A DNA stretch of 64,000 bases, taken from contig NOWV01000109.1 of the NCBI GenBank assembly GCA_003344405.1, forward strand, positions 62,001 through 126,000. The letters are read 5' to 3'. Below are positions 1 through 15,355 of the stretch, piece by piece (the stretch's first letter is position 1; each line of letters starts with the position of its first letter). This stretch comes from Trichoplax sp. H2 (Eukaryota). The notes below the pieces were generated by a model. That model saw only the letters and a program-made list of their open reading frames with translations, had not been told where the DNA came from and made no database searches. The translations under genes and the position numbers were made by a program.

Positions 1-947
1 ATGAAATTACAGGATTTCTTTCAATTAGTGATTATGTTAAACCAATGAACTTACACATATTTTGCAAATATTAATTATGACTGTCAAAACGCAATTGATA
101 ACATATCCTACACTGTTGAAGAGAAACAGATGAATAAAATTAAATTAAAATTTTATAGATAGGAAATTGACGATGTAAGGAAGATTGAATGTAAGTAAGC
201 AAATTTAAGGAATTAAATCGATTTAGGATAAAGCCGATGAATTTGCATTTTCAAGAGATGAAATGTATGAGAATTAAAATAATGATAAAGTGCAGGATAT
301 GAATAAATCGACGATAAAAGCTATCAACATCTGCAGATTTTAGATTTCAAGATCACACTAATTATTGAAAAGACCAATCATGGGCTGTCGTAAGAAATAA
401 AATATTTATGCTAACTACTTAAATCCAAAATAATGAAAATAAGCCAAATAAACGATGAAGGAAATTCAAAATATGTTTACCAATATCAGCAAGATAAATC
501 ACGTGTCTATGACTATGATGCTTCGGAAAGTGCAAGATACTGGTACCCAAAACGGGCACAGGAATGTTATCAACATCCCAATTTTTATACAATATTGGAT
601 TATATGTTTACATACAATAAATTAATTTTGAAATTATAGAATGTATAAAATCATTTGATTACTTATTCAGGATAAAATATTTGTTTGTTTAGATGAATAA
701 TTGCATGAACACATATTAATTTACAAAATAGTAAAATAGTTTGATCAGATTAGTATTAAAAATATTTGATATAAATTCAAATGTAATTTTATTATAATCT
801 AGTGATAATACACAAGAAATGGTTATTTTGTTTTCTATATTTTACAATTCTTAATCTGCTACCGTATATATTTTTGTTTTAGGGTTTCCACTTTAACTTT
901 TATGAGAACACTACGATGAAGTAATGAGTTATAAGATAGTGTTTAAG

Positions 948-3900
948 CTAGCAGTTATTTTGATTTTCTTGCGCTTGGTTTGTATTTTCAGCGGATTTTT
1001 TCTTTTGTTTCTCCATATAACGTAGGTAAAGCAATGAGAGTGTCGCCAATATTATTACTGGAAATAGAATCAACCATAGTAAACGTTATTTAGGCGATGT
1101 AAATATTAAAAGAAGAGTATTGGTGACTGTTCCTATATTGCATAAGATTTTTGATCAACCATTGTGAACTATTTAACTATGATCAATAATAACGAAATTA
1201 ATTGAATTCATTTATTGATGCATGTAACCTATCCTGCAGATAAACAAGAGCATTTGCAAGGACCATCCAGTATATATTTTATTATTTATGAAAATCTATT
1301 GCCAAATATTTGTTAATACTGAATATAGACTACAAAGATTCAACAGATTCAACTTTTGCACTGCTTGTTAACGCGTACATCAAATAATTACAAATCTTGA
1401 TTAGATTACTACGGTTGTGCTTTATGTTTATTTAGATTCCTTTTCAATTGTAGATGGATTTGCATATTAAAATCATAAGTGTAGTGTAATCTAAAGGAAT
1501 AAGATAGAAGATTACTATGAAGAAAGATCTATAAGTTTAACTCCGTTATAAATTTTAAGGATCTAAGAAAGATTATTGAACATCAATTTTAAGGGCCTAG
1601 AGAGAATTTTTGACATCCCATCAGATTATTAATGGAAAAGAAAAAGAATCAAGAGAGCATCTCATATCAATTGGGATGGTCTAGAGATTAAGCTTGGAAT
1701 ATCCAAATCAACTGTAGTGATTGAGAGATATACTAATATATGATCTACTCAATAAATTAAGATAATTATTAGTTAGTATTAAAAAAGACAGCTGAGAATC
1801 TTCAAGGCCGATCGTAGAGTCGTAATGAAATCTTTACACTTAATTCTATCCGTCAAATTATGAAAAAGATTCCGGAATGCTTATTTATTATTAAATAAAG
1901 CCTAGATTACTTGCTGTGTTTGTGTATTAAAATCTAACTGGATTATTAATTTTTGTGGAATTTTAACACAGCTAGGTCGAATCCCTTTGCTAATCATATG
2001 ATTTATGTCTCCTACGGGAAACAAGGTGGTAATGTAAACATCGGAAATCTACAATTAAGCCCTTAGTTTTGCAGCTATAGTCAACTACAACCCGCTGTGA
2101 TAATTCTTTCCTTAATTAGAGTACTAAACTATCTACCAGTAGTAGGATAAATAATCATTCATCGCAGTAATTTGTAAATTAAGTCATTATTATCAGCATG
2201 CACCTATCGCTAAATATCTAATGTCAGTATTTCTGTTGATTAGTAAATGCAGCTTTAATTGTGTAAATTGGATATATACACTGAGAAACTGTGATAATAT
2301 TTACTAGTCCCTGTTAGCATAAGTAGAATCGTTTTCTCAACATTCTTCGATAAAATAAATATGAAGGTAATGCTTGGGTAATTTATAGGAGTAAAAGGAG
2401 AATTCTCCACCCTTTCCTTACCCGTAATAATGATATTTGCAAATGATGCACTACGTGCAAGTCAATGATTTACGATTGCAAATTTTTAAATTAATATTAC
2501 TTCTTTTCTAACCCACCTAAGCCTGCTATGCCTCCACAAATCATCAGAATCCAAGCCCAAAATGGAAAACCAAATACGAGTTTATTCCATAGATCTTTAG
2601 ATTGTTCTTTCCTAGTTACTTCTATTGTAGTAGGGATAGTTGCATTTTCTTCATAAACATCATCGGTAGTATAATTCTCCAACTGAACAGAAGTTCGAGT
2701 TTCCAGATAAGTGGTCGCTAGCGTTGTGGTGGGCATTTCCAATATCATTACGGGATTGGTAACTTGTTGGGCACTATAAGCAAAGACCTATCCAAAAGAA
2801 TTAATAAACTTAATATTCTATCCTATGTTGCCCAAAAATAGATACGAGATATGTTACGTAATACTACTGTAACGAAATTTCGTTAAAAATTTAATTTAAA
2901 CTTTTTAAATTTGAGACCAGAAATTCTAAAGTATTAAACTACCTCCTTATCATTTAGTTTAAGCTTCAGCCTTCGCCGGGAAACCAATAAGTTCAATTTA
3001 TTTCCAATTTGGCTAAGATTTCTATTGGTGTTAATTAATTGCATCTATAAAGCAAAATAATGGAAAAATTATTGATGGTTCAGCTTTTAAAATATTATCC
3101 GTTTGCTACAGGGTGAATTTGTATTTAATCCAAATTGTATATATTTGGTAAGAATTGCTTACCACCATGGCAGTACTACTGCGTTGGTTGTCGATTGTCA
3201 TTGATATTACAGCATGAATTTTACTCTAGACGAAGAGCAGAATTATGGCTTAAAAGATGTCTTACTTAAATATGAGCAATCTTTATTAATGATAAAGTAG
3301 AATTTTAACGAGTAGTTTTGCTATTGCGATTTCAAATAATTTTAAAAGACAGACCGAAAAGTTGAGTTGTGATTGAAAGTCTTGAATTAATGCTTTTCTT
3401 CGACCTGGAGTCAAATTATTTTGTATTGCCAGGAAAATAACCTTAATGAAAATATTAACGCAATGTTCTTAGTCTAATAACCTGTATCGGTTGCAAATTT
3501 AGTCATAATGTAAGTTGTCTTACTTCGTATATCACTTGAACAATGGTATCTTCATCGTCTTGTATTCAATTATTATGGTAGAAAAGAAATATTTACCTTA
3601 TTCAAATTGAGATATTGTCCTAATTTCTAGTAGATAATTTCACATACCGACACATTTGTTAAATTGAAAATTGACTCCTGGAGGACAGGCTAGATAACAT
3701 TGATAATTATATAAGTAATAATTTCCATGGCATTGATGGCAAGTCTTCGAGGTTGAGCAAGAGGAGCACATAGGAGGACATACTGTTCATGATGAAACAA
3801 ATTTCGAAAAGCTCATCAATGATTTACACTGCAAACTGGTACTTCTAACTTATCCAATAAACTTATTAGAGCCAATAAGAATGACGATACGATTAAATTA

Positions 3901-6900
3901 AATAAGTAAATATTTCTGACTAGAATATAAAATCAAATGTTGACATCTACGAATGCTGTTTTGTGTTCATAGTATTCTCAACGATAAAAAAATTTATCGG
4001 CGTATTAATAGTTCTTATGCGAGCTATCGCTAATGAAACCTATTAGCAACGAAGCTTAGTAGATATTTACGATCAATCTACTGTAATTGCTTTAGCTCGA
4101 TCTAAACTTACGTATAGGAGCAAGACCATCATTATGGGCGGATAGGATATGTTGGCAAGCTAGTTCAACAGGTGGGCATATTAAATCGTGGCTGAAGCCA
4201 TTGAAGTTTAACTTTTCACCGTTGTAGCTACATACTATTTCTTGATCTACGATTAACAATACCAACAGATATATTTAGGGAGATGAAATTGACGGTTTTG
4301 GACCATTTTAGAATATCAAGCTATTATATTAATGGGAAGATACCGGTATATCATAATCAATAAGATAAGGCAGGACTATTTCTATCAGTATACTACTCCA
4401 AATATTGTCTTTATGATTAATGACATCGTCATATATATTTACGCGTAGATGGCGTATCAATTAGAATGATCCCAATTCTCAATTTTACGTATGAGTAATG
4501 AAAGTACTTAAAATGCGGTAGTTTAGAAGAATGAATTCTTTTAAAGTTATATTATTTCAATTGGCCTCTACTGATATCGACTTACCAGCCAATTGCAACT
4601 TTAATTGCAATCGATTCGATGTTGTATTAACGCCGCAAATTGTCTTAATGCAGATTCCGCCTTCGTAAAGCTTACATGTTTCAGATGCTAAATTACTTAC
4701 GGCACATCTCGAATCAGCACCATAATAGTAATTGCATTCATGAACTAATCATGATAAGTATAAATTCAACATCAATATAAGACTGAATGGTATACGTTCA
4801 AATAGGTTTAGCTTCTGATGTTTGTAGACAGTTTGCTGTCCTACTTACGATTCGTTTCATTATTGGTGCTAAAGCAAACTTTTCCTACAATTGGCATATA
4901 TATTCGACATCCATCTAACCATTTATTTGTTCGACAGGTTGCCTTTAAAAGTAGCCAATAAATTGACTTTAAATGAAATTCTAGTACTTATTAGGGCAAA
5001 GTCGTAGCAAAGACAGATTCGTAGGTATTTTCGGCACTGACAGCAGTTAAATAATTGAAATTGCATCCTTTGGTATTAGCTTGACATGTATAAGGATAAT
5101 CATTCTTATTTGTACATGAACCGAATAAAAAATTACATCCGAGGCCTTAATTAATAGATAATGGAAAAATTTCGTTATTTCAAGATTGTAAAATGGTGTA
5201 TTTATTACTAATCAGAGCTGAAGTCATAGAAGGGAGATGTTGTAATGTACACAAGCATAGCTATTTGATTTGATTGTGTTACGTGGTCGATATTGATGAG
5301 TTTCAATGCAGTACTTTATTACAGTTTAAAACTATAGAGCTACCTTTTCCCCATTCCATTTTATGCTGGCTGAAATTGGAATTATAATTGACTTTATACC
5401 AACCGCTATCTTCCATAGCAGCTAACGTTATTGGACTGACAGTAGTCATCCTAAGATTGAAGATTTTATAAAGCGATTAGATGCAAGTTTAGATACTTTA
5501 CGGCTTTCTAATGGCGCCAAATTATTTTCGACTAAAGATAAACTGGTAAGATTTATTTTTTATGCTAGGTAAATGAATCAACATCGATCTTCTTAATGCT
5601 AGTACAAAAGATCCTAATAAAAAAATTTACTTTCCCAATCCTACGGCAATAGCGGCAGTCATAATTTCACCGTATAAAATTTTCATTTCCCAATGAGATC
5701 TTGCAAGAACAACATTGATTCATTTAATCTATACGTGCTTAATATGTTTAATGATGAAAATTCTAGCAATAACTCCTAATCTATTTTATTTATATAACAT
5801 GCTTGTTACTAATGATTGCAGCTAATTACAGTAAATATGTGTTAGGAAATAGAGTGATAGTAAGGTAGAATTATACGCGTATGTCTTAATGAAGTAACAG
5901 GGTTAAGAGCCCAATAATGCTTAAAATGCTTAATCATGAAATTCTAGCAGTTATCTCTAATTTATTCTATTTATGTAAACACATTTAACTAGACCATCTT
6001 ATTGAATGTTTAAAATAGCGGTCTTACTCAATCGAATTACTAGCACCATTATCCTCCAGTGGTACTCCTTGCAAGCTGTTACAGTTGTAATATTCCCTAG
6101 CAGTTTGGACTACCTAAATGCAGGCATAATTGGGTTATTCCATTTATTACAGCCTAAATAAATATCGATAGTGATCTACGAGATCAAAAGCTCAAAGTTA
6201 ATGTCTACGACGAATTGATTCAAGATATAGGGGTAAATTATATAAATTTTTACAATTTTAACGGTACGGAATGATCTCAGCTACTAATTTAATTCACGTT
6301 TAGAAAAAAGCAATTTGAAGCAGCTTTATTGGAATTAATAACTCAGCATTAGCTTCATAAAATGGGAGAATTTTTATTACAGAATTTGCTTATGGAAAGC
6401 ATAAAGAAAAGAGGAAAATAAAAAGCTGGATATCCAAGTATCAGAGTATTAACAGCTCATGCAATCAGAAATTCTAAAATATTATCGGTGTATTATATGT
6501 TGTTATGCAACTTTGAAGAACCAGTATATCTTTTTGGGTTAACTGGTTCAATTTTACTGTAAATCATTTAATTTACTATACTTAACTATTTCAACTAACC
6601 TTAGGCGATGTAAACATCGTTGTTTTTTTGCCATTAGCAACAAAAGTCCTTGTGGCATTATACTTTGTTCCGTCAGGCCTCCTAAAACTTGATGCATTGA
6701 TTATAAATAGCCAATTTATAAATTTCTTCTATCTGTAGCGAATGGTTCTTGTTTTTGTACTAATTGAATTTGAATATACAACTTGATATATGTAAAAATG
6801 GTGATGCAACTTACTTTTGAAAATGAGTAGCGGAAAAACCCAAACTATGAAAAAGCTCATGAGCCATAATATGCCGATAAGTTTCATAATCATTAATTTG

Positions 6901-8162
6901 ATGAAAAGTCTTGATATATGGAATATTGAAGGTAATAGAAGATATTAAACAATATTCCTTCATCGAAATGTTAACATCTCTAGCCAACTTACGCTAGAAC
7001 AAATATCGATAAATCCAACGATAGGCCTTCCAGTCTCTGAATCTGTAACACATGTCGATGAAACTGCTAGATTCTGCCCATTCTGGCATGCACCTGTTAT
7101 AATTTTTAGCAAAGTAGCACCAATGAGAATTTTGCTATTTAGCTACCCAAGTCAAAGCATCATTTCAAATTATTAGTAACTTGCAATTGTAACTTACCTT
7201 CATTCGTTGCATAACCATAGAGTAAAAACAAATGGAAAATTTCTTAGTTAGCTACCAAAGTCAAAGCATCATTTCAATTATTGATAGCTCTTAATTGGAA
7301 CTTACCTTCATTGGATTCGTAGACAAAGAGCAAAAATAAATGGGACTTTGATTAGTTAGCTATCCAAGTTAAAGTATCACTTCAAATTATTGACAGCTTG
7401 TAATTGGAACTAACCTTCATTGGTTGCATAGACATAGAGTAAAAAATCAGTTTCACCTACGCCACCACCACCGTAATTTTGACAAGTTGTTGTAGTATCT
7501 TGACTACAATAAGTAACCCGATGGAAATGTTGTTGTATAATTTTATCGTAGTTATACCGTGGCCCACAATTGATTGATTTTAAAATTCGACAACGGCCAG
7601 CTACAGAAAAACTACTAGACCATTGCGTAAAACATGCGTCGATTGCAAATTGGCCAGCAACGGGTTGAACGGATAGAGTAGAATTAAAATACTGAATAGT
7701 ATCTGGAAAAAGTTGATCACGTAAAAAGGCTTTAGCTTTTGTTGACAGCTGCATTCGATTATCGACATAATATGGGGTTATCCTTATAGGACGTTGAGTC
7801 TTTCCAGTATTCCGTTGAAAACGAGTTTTACCTTGATGGATAGCTGAAGCATGGATGGAATTGTGTTTTTGAATCTAAATTTTTTAATTATTGTGCATTT
7901 AGAAGGCAATAAAATAGGAATAAATGGATGGATTAAAACTGTATTCGAATAAAAATTAGTGCAGTAGATCTGTTTCACTTTCGTATCCGTAAATGCTAAC
8001 AAAATATCAATCGACAAGAGAAGCAACGAGTATTTCTAATTTTCAACTTACTGAATCATGCAAGCAAGAGGTTCCATCATCTTGACTGGCTATTTTATTA
8101 ACAAGAATGATTAAGAAATAGATGAAGGTGATTTTAGATCGTTGATAGCAAGGCAATAACAT
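948..8162 (-). CDS. Gene A: leishmanolysin/invadolysin-like M8 zinc metalloprotease, type-I membrane form (signal peptide - pro - M8 - furin-like Cys repeat - ~100 aa domain - S/T stalk - TM - short tail); ~19 exons
   Basis: Hand-spliced with GT-AG sites in phase. Exon 8162-8052 MLLPCYQRSKITFIYFLIILVNKIASQDDGTSCLHDS. 7874-7415 ...PIRITPYYV...DFLLYVYATNE. 7093-6993 ...TGRPIVGFIDIC. ~6909-6815 AHELFHSLGFS (HExxH 6847-6861). ~6113-6030 AREYYNCNSLQGVPLEDNG. ~5700-5630 SHWEMKILYGEIMTAA. ~5450-5344 ITLAAMEDSGWY. Cys-rich exons to ~4112. Furin-like exon ~3780-3648 CPPMCSSCSTSKTCHQC. TM split over ~2787-2517 (FWAWILMICGGIAGL) and 1057-948 (VIILATLSLLYLRY...QNNC*). Confidence 0.9.
7110..7450 (-). repeat. 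Triplicated exon-end + 5' splice site unit (~108 bp x3) in gene A
   Basis: On the minus strand, ...TATGCAAC.AATGAAG|GT(T/A)AGTT.CAATT..AAG....AATAATTTGAA.TGAT.CTTT.ACTT.G.TAGCTAA.TA repeats with donors at ~7414, ~7304 and ~7197. Confidence 0.85.
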
Positions 8163-11100
8163 GATCAATGTAAGTAGAGATTGCTATTATTTGAAAATGT
8201 TGGACGTATGCCAGCAAAAATCAAGGTTGAAAATCAATAACATCAACCTATTAATTTTTCTCAAAAAATGGATATAATAATGATACAACGGCGGCAATCC
8301 CTAAGCTTGTCTACGAGCTAATAGTAGTTTAAAATGGTCAATGTCCATAAAAATTTCCATGGACAATGACATCCACTATAAAAATTAATGCAATTAAGTG
8401 ATAATTTAACTTAAATAGGATAGAAGACAACGGTATACGCCATAAGCGATCGAGGTATTACTAATTGATTCATCCATGCTAATTACAAACTTATGGTCAG
8501 GTTTAGTCATAACCCTTTACAATAATATTGTATGGACTGAATCTTATTTAATTTAGAGTTGTTAACATATTAAAATTTAATGATAGGCATGATGACCTTA
8601 CATAAGGATAAGAATACTTTTTTCCATAGTTGTTAAATATTGTAGACAATAGTCTACATATGGTGGATAATCGGATAAAGTTAGGCGATAGCCTATAGGA
8701 GAAATGATTCTAATTGAATCGTTACAGCATGATATTAGTCATAACGATAATTGAACTACCTTAACGTTGCTATAACACGTCTAAAGCATGGTCTGTTATG
8801 TCTATTATAGAGAAAAATTAAATATTGAGCTGGATGGATAAGCGAGCGATTTCCTACCCTCTACTTTAAATCAATAAATAATTTAGGCTGTAATTGCTCA
8901 GAATTGATAACTTCTTTAATGTTTGCTGTACCCTAACAGGTGATTTATCAAACAGTTAGTTACAACAGGATACCAGGGGTGGTTGATAATTCCATTTTTT
9001 CAAGCGATTACATCTTGGCAGTTGTATTGAATTCCCTTTAGCCATTTCTTCTACTGTAGTTCGATAGACTCGTGTAGACTAATCTTCTTGATTTATACTG
9101 AAAGTAAATAGAAGTTATGAAGGTAAAAAGTGACTTTATCTATAAAGAAATAACAAATTTCTTCAGAGTTACCGTCATTAAAAGATTCAACGTATTCATG
9201 ATAATTGTAGAGGATTATATTGAGTATTACTGAATTCGTTTCAGCTATTTCTATTACTGTAGAGCCATAGGCTTATATATAGATTAATCTACTTGATGTA
9301 TATTCTAAAAGTAAGTTACAGAGGTAAAAAGTATGTAATATATGGCTTGTTAATAATAAATTAAAATAATATTGCAACTGTAATTACCAGTATGGAAATC
9401 CTGATCTATTTAATACGATTACAATCAGAAGGATTATCGATTTCAACGCTAATGGTGCGATATTTCCCTTAGCAACTTCTTATGAGGCAATACTATAAAA
9501 TAGACTCTTATTGACAGATTAAAGATTTAGTGTGCATATACCGCAGATACCGAACCATCATGGTAAAAATCATTTCTTTCGTAGTGGAATAATTAGTCTA
9601 TCCCAGGTTATCACACTGCACGAAGATTGTGCTAGTTACAATTTCAACATTTCTACATTAAAATAAGAAATTTTATCTAATGACAATAAATCTAATCCGA
9701 AATGCATATCATCACGTTTATAAGCCAATATAATAATTGTTGTAGCAGTATCGACGGTAGAAGAAATCTATTTCCTATTGCTACTAAGAAAGGTTCTATT
9801 AACTATAAATGTATAGTATTAAATTAAGCAATTTCTGCAACTATCGCGCAGATTATAATTTAGTTTTTATTGTATCTATTCAAAAGTATAAGTTATCGTA
9901 GAAACTAGTAAAAAAAACATCGATAATCATCTGCTGAATCCTGCTGCTATCAGTATAGGCTCTGTTATAAATACTATCATGCTATCAAATCCAGTCTCAA
10001 ACCTCTAGGCCAATAACATGCAAATCACTAGCTGAAATGATTGATTTTGAATATCCATAACGAGATACTGAGCGTCTATTGTTTTCCATACCTTTATTGG
10101 CCTTTTGGATTGGAATTAAAATGTTAGCCAGAGTATAAGTTCTGCAAACTAGTCCATCTTATCGTATTTAAAATTCCTATCTAAAATTTAGTTAAATATG
10201 CATGGTAAATATTTGCGGATTTAGCTATTGTTTTATTGACTGTTCAGATTAAAAAATACGATCACTAATGAAAAAATATTTAGAAATCACAAGTCGTCGA
10301 TAGAACTCGTATCTTTAAAATGGCTGTCAAAGTCTTGCCAATGTCACACTTTAAGCCACGAATAAAATCATGAAATTGATGATTTATTATAGCTATATCT
10401 TTTAGCAATAATCAGATACAACTCAGCGTGTATATAGAATTATTAGTATAGCGTAGGTGGTTGACATCAAATTATGTAGGTATTTGGATGAGGCCAGATA
10501 AAAATAGTTACACGGGTCGAAGAGTATTTTCACTTTTAGAAATACCTTAGCCCATCGTCAAATGATGACAAAAGTGCCTATATTACAGTCAGTTAAATCC
10601 TATATTTTTGGACTGTTGGATATTTTTCGAAATATTCAACGTGTTCTCCATCATGACGTAAGGGGTACGGTCAATGAAGAATCAGCCTTTAATTTAATAA
10701 TCCAAATTGAAAAAAATTATTCGATATAGGTAGTCGCAAAGAATTCTATCTGAAATAAAACGGAATCGAGATGACATAGAAACAGTTCTATTATCCTATA
10801 CTGTAGATATTATTAACATAGACAATTGGACTTCTAAGATTTTTGCTTGATGATCATGAAAGAGTTGATCAAAGATCAAGCGGCAAATACAGACTGCTGC
10901 TACTCAACTTTAAGCTAAGAACTTTAAGATTGTTTATAGGGATGATCGTTATCATTTTAAACTAAGCAAAATTTAGATATACAAGTTGTAAATTCCAGCA
11001 AATGATGCGCTCTAAAGTAACTAAATCTAGCAAAAATTGTAATTTCTAGAATCAAAAATTGCTCTTATATCGAGTAAGCCTATTAATATGCATATTCCTC

Positions 11101-11530
11101 AATTACGGAGCATATTTTGTTGACAGAATGAAGTGCTAAATGAGATCTACCAGCCTTCATAATACTGGAATTTAAATTACAAAACATCTGTTAGAATCGT
11201 TAGAGTCTGGTTATTTTGCTGATAAGCTGTTGGTGCAGAAACTGACAAAATTATTTTTATCGGAGTTTTCATCATAGGGATAATATCATCCTCCCGTACG
11301 TTTTAAATTTTACTTGTAAAGTTCAGATGTAAGTTTCAACAAGCAATACTATGCCAATAGGATAAAATTCTACATTATAGTTATAATTTCTCACTGTTGA
11401 AACAAAAACTTGCATCATTTCTGACAAGATTACCCCCACAACTATTAAAACGCCTATTTCTCAAGTTAACTACATCAATTGGATTCATCGAGTGTGCATA
11501 ACTTAGTTGACAGTCTATCAAACACAACGA

Positions 11531-12036
11531 CAATTATTGTCAAGATTGCAAATTTTAGAAATTAATTATCTTTCTATAACTGATAAAGTTAAAGTTAAGA
11601 TAGGTTTATCAAAGGTAGCGTAAAAACTAACATTACAACGTTCTAAGTTAATACAGTTTCTCATCATCAAATTGCATCATATCAGTATTCATCACGTTGT
11701 TCGCAGAACAATTAATATGCTTACCTTATCAACTGCCTAATGCGTTTTTATTGACAACCGTCTTCAATAGCTAAAACGCGACTAATAATTGACAAATTAT
11801 CAAATGTATCTACTATCATTGTCAAGATTACAAATTTATGAATCAAGTAATCCTTCTGTAATAGACTGACTCAGTTAAGGTGAAATTTCAAAAAGTAGCG
11901 TAAACTAATATTACTACATCTTACATTATTACAGTTTCTCATTCTCAAATTGCAATACAACAGTTTTTATCATGTTCTTAGCAGGAGGTTTTAGTACGCT
12001 TATTTTCTGAACTAGAGAACGCGGTTTTATTGACAG
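11531..12036. repeat. Degenerate direct duplication (~285-bp period) in the A-B spacer
   Basis: attgtcaagatt.caaattt...gtagcgtaaa.actaa.attac...tacagtttctcat..tcaaattgca...ttttattgaca occurs at ~11531-11757 and ~11815-12036. Confidence 0.7.
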
Positions 12037-15000
12037 CCTTAATGTATACGGTACTTAAGATACCACGTATAATATATCCCCTGCAATGTTACATTATAGA
12101 TTGTATATATATCTTTAAGAACTATCATAAGAGCCATATATAATTGATAAGCTACCGAAAGTTGTGACTAACATTGTTATCGTTTCTTTCTTGTTGCATA
12201 TGCTGAGCTATCATTTCTATCCATTTTGAACATACGATGAGATTACTTATAGTCTGTTACGTACAATAATGGATTATGTATTATGCTACAGAGACAGAAA
12301 GAATGATATTCTTCTCATCCTAGTACCAACATAAAAAATACATCCAATATATTGTCTTCAGGTCAATATAAGAGAAATCAACATTAGGATTGCTGATACT
12401 TTTTTCCACGTAGTAATCCAAGCTACAGAAATCAAATTAATGAAAAAATTTTCATTTTATAATAATCTAGTGCCATAATCAGCATAGTTGAAGTTACAGG
12501 TTAGAATTAACTTATTTACCTATTGTAGCAGTGGTTAGGTGGGTTCTTTTAGTTTAAAGCAACGTATAAATACTAGTTGCAAGGGCATATGATAGATATT
12601 TCTTCGTTGACGAATAAGAAGAAACTAACTATCTCAAAAGCTGTTAAGCGTATCTATGTATTACATACAGATATCTTTAAGAGACTATTAAAGCAATTAC
12701 TCAAACGGGTACAGTGCTAAATTGATCCAGTTTTATGCTACTTGGACTAAATTATGCAATAGTATTAATCCAAAGCTTTTTGTATAGTCTTATACGGAAG
12801 ATATAACAGAAGATATGTTTGAATTTAGAGGGTACTAAATAGGAAGAATATTCATCATGCATTGCAAAATCTTAATCTTACTGTAAGCGATAGAAGAAAA
12901 TTAGTCTCTGTGATATATACCAATCACGAAATTCCAGATTTTAGAAAAATAAGGGCTTTATTGAATCTTATACAAAGATTAATTACACACAGCTCTACTC
13001 TAGCCGAATACTACTACTAAAGACTTCTACAACGAACTAACAGAATAATCTAAAGTTGCATGCTTTTATACTTTCCGTAGCGTTCGCAGCTACAATCCGC
13101 ATGGCAACCTTTTACCTTATTTTGCACATAGTTAAATTATTCTTAGTCATCATATCAACAGATAAAACATGTAGCGAATACTTTACATAAGAATAGATTA
13201 TATAATTGAATACCTATGTGAATTTTGTCATTAATCAAATAAAAACAACAATATTAATCTTTGTTGTATGGTAAGGATACTAAAATAGCGAATCAAAATT
13301 AAACTCAACAATTCAACCACAGCTATTCTGTAGATTATAAAAAATCGCCCTCAATCTTTTTTACTTACATCGCGTTGCTCTTGCGTCGCTATCAATGACC
13401 TTAAGACTTTCTCTATCTACTAGTAGCAACTTTTAATAACTAAATTTATTGTACCGAGCGCTTGTCATGCGTTTAAATTGAAAATCTCATCTTCCGACCG
13501 ATTTAAATTAAAAACCTAGTGGAATTGGGATGCTACATTGATTATTAACATCATACGAATGAGTTAGGATTTATTGAATATTCTGTAAGAACGAATTTAT
13601 TCCGAAGAAAAGTGTGGCCTAGAATAGTTATTTCCCTCTATTTCGGTACAGATGAAATACATTAAGATTGTTTGCATAGTTAAATTTATTATAGTCGAAT
13701 AGCGATTCCTTGATTGAACTTTAAAAAATTTATTCGAGTGAAATTAAGTTTGCTGATTAGAGTTCATTATTCTGCTCTAGTTTCATTCATCAAAGTATCA
13801 TTTAACAGTAAACATTAGGGAGAGATTTAGGTAAAAATAGTTAACTCCGCTCCTGCTCTAATATTAATCTGTAGATAAAGATTTGTATTTGAAGACGAAT
13901 TATAAACATTTTTTAATTCGAGAAGATATACTATGAATGTTTTAAGGTTCAAGATATTAATTATTGCCATAGCAATGACATAATATTACTGATATAGCAT
14001 AAATTTAAGATAGCATTAGTTATTTAGTATAGATATAAGATAGCTTACGGACAGTTTTATGTTAGAAAATATTATTATTGAATAGGAAAGATAGTGTCGA
14101 TATTAAAGGCTAGGATAATATTTGTCTGATTAATATTGATATTATTACCCATCCTTATAAGTTACAAATGTAGAAATCAATCGTGATTGATTAGTTGATT
14201 GTCTTCCAATGGTACAGTTTTACAGTATATAAATGTTGCCAAAATGGAGTATATAATTTTTTTAAGTCTGGGCTAATACGCAAGTATGGCATTGAAAAAT
14301 AAGCGAAGGAAAATGCTTTACATCTAACTTTTATAAATAAAGTAAAGGTTTGCTCTATTAACGTAGACGGTAAATTATATTCATCAATTAATAATTAGTA
14401 TACTATTAATTCCATTCCGGATATCCATTCATAAAATAGGAGCAGCAATTAAGAGCAAAATAGCCATTCAATTTCGTATACAACTTATCGCAGATAACAA
14501 ACTTACAAATAATAGTGCCGCCGGAATAGAATCTATTCGCATGAACATTTAATTAATTTTAGAAAAAAATCAATTTAACATTTAATTATTTCAATAATTA
14601 TATAATTTCGATTTAGATATAGTACTTCTAAAAACCGAATGCTGATATTTAGTTCATTCAAGATAGAATTGGATTTAGGTTATATTAATGTCATCATTTG
14701 GGCTGTAACTATACTACAGCCAAGCTTCGATATTGTGATTGCTTGTTTATCGTGATTTTTAGATGATTTTTGTCTTTTCTAGATAGAAAACGAATAATAT
14801 TCAATCATTAATTTCATAGTTTATGATGTTAGACTATGGCCATTACAACTATTTGGTAGTCTTACTTTATAGAAAAGACTCGATTTTCATAATAGTTTTA
14901 AAACTTTTGAAACTAGTGTAAGTTACTGCTGACTTAAGAAGATCAAAAATCTAGGCTGATAATGTACATGCTTACCATAATTAACCATCTATTTGTATGA

Positions 15001-15355
15001 TATAGGAGGTATATATTATAAATATTGTAATGTATTATTATATTATATATCAACTATCCAGTTATATGATATAATATCGAAATTGGGGTGTTTATTATTA
15101 GATATAATCGAATGTATGGTAATTATTACATAGTCTATAAAACGATCAAGAGCTACAGCAATTTTAGAAATTAGCACTTAATTAGAAGTGCAGTTCGTAT
15201 ATGACTATAAATAATAAATACTTGAATTGGAGAAATAATAACGACTGTAATACCACTAGATGTTAGTGACGAAGATGTCAAGAAGGATTAACTTACTCTT
15301 TGCATTGATCCTGTAAGCAGTAATACTATCGACTATAGAGACATCAGAAAATTAT

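Noticed and set aside
433-639. 68-aa plus-strand ORF
   Set aside because: No recognisable motif or supporting exon chain. It could be a terminal exon of a gene outside the window, but this is unsupported.
8200-15300. Hidden gene in the 7-kb A-B spacer
   Set aside because: No ORFs in the track and no exon-like M8 or other motifs were found by eye; small exons cannot be excluded.
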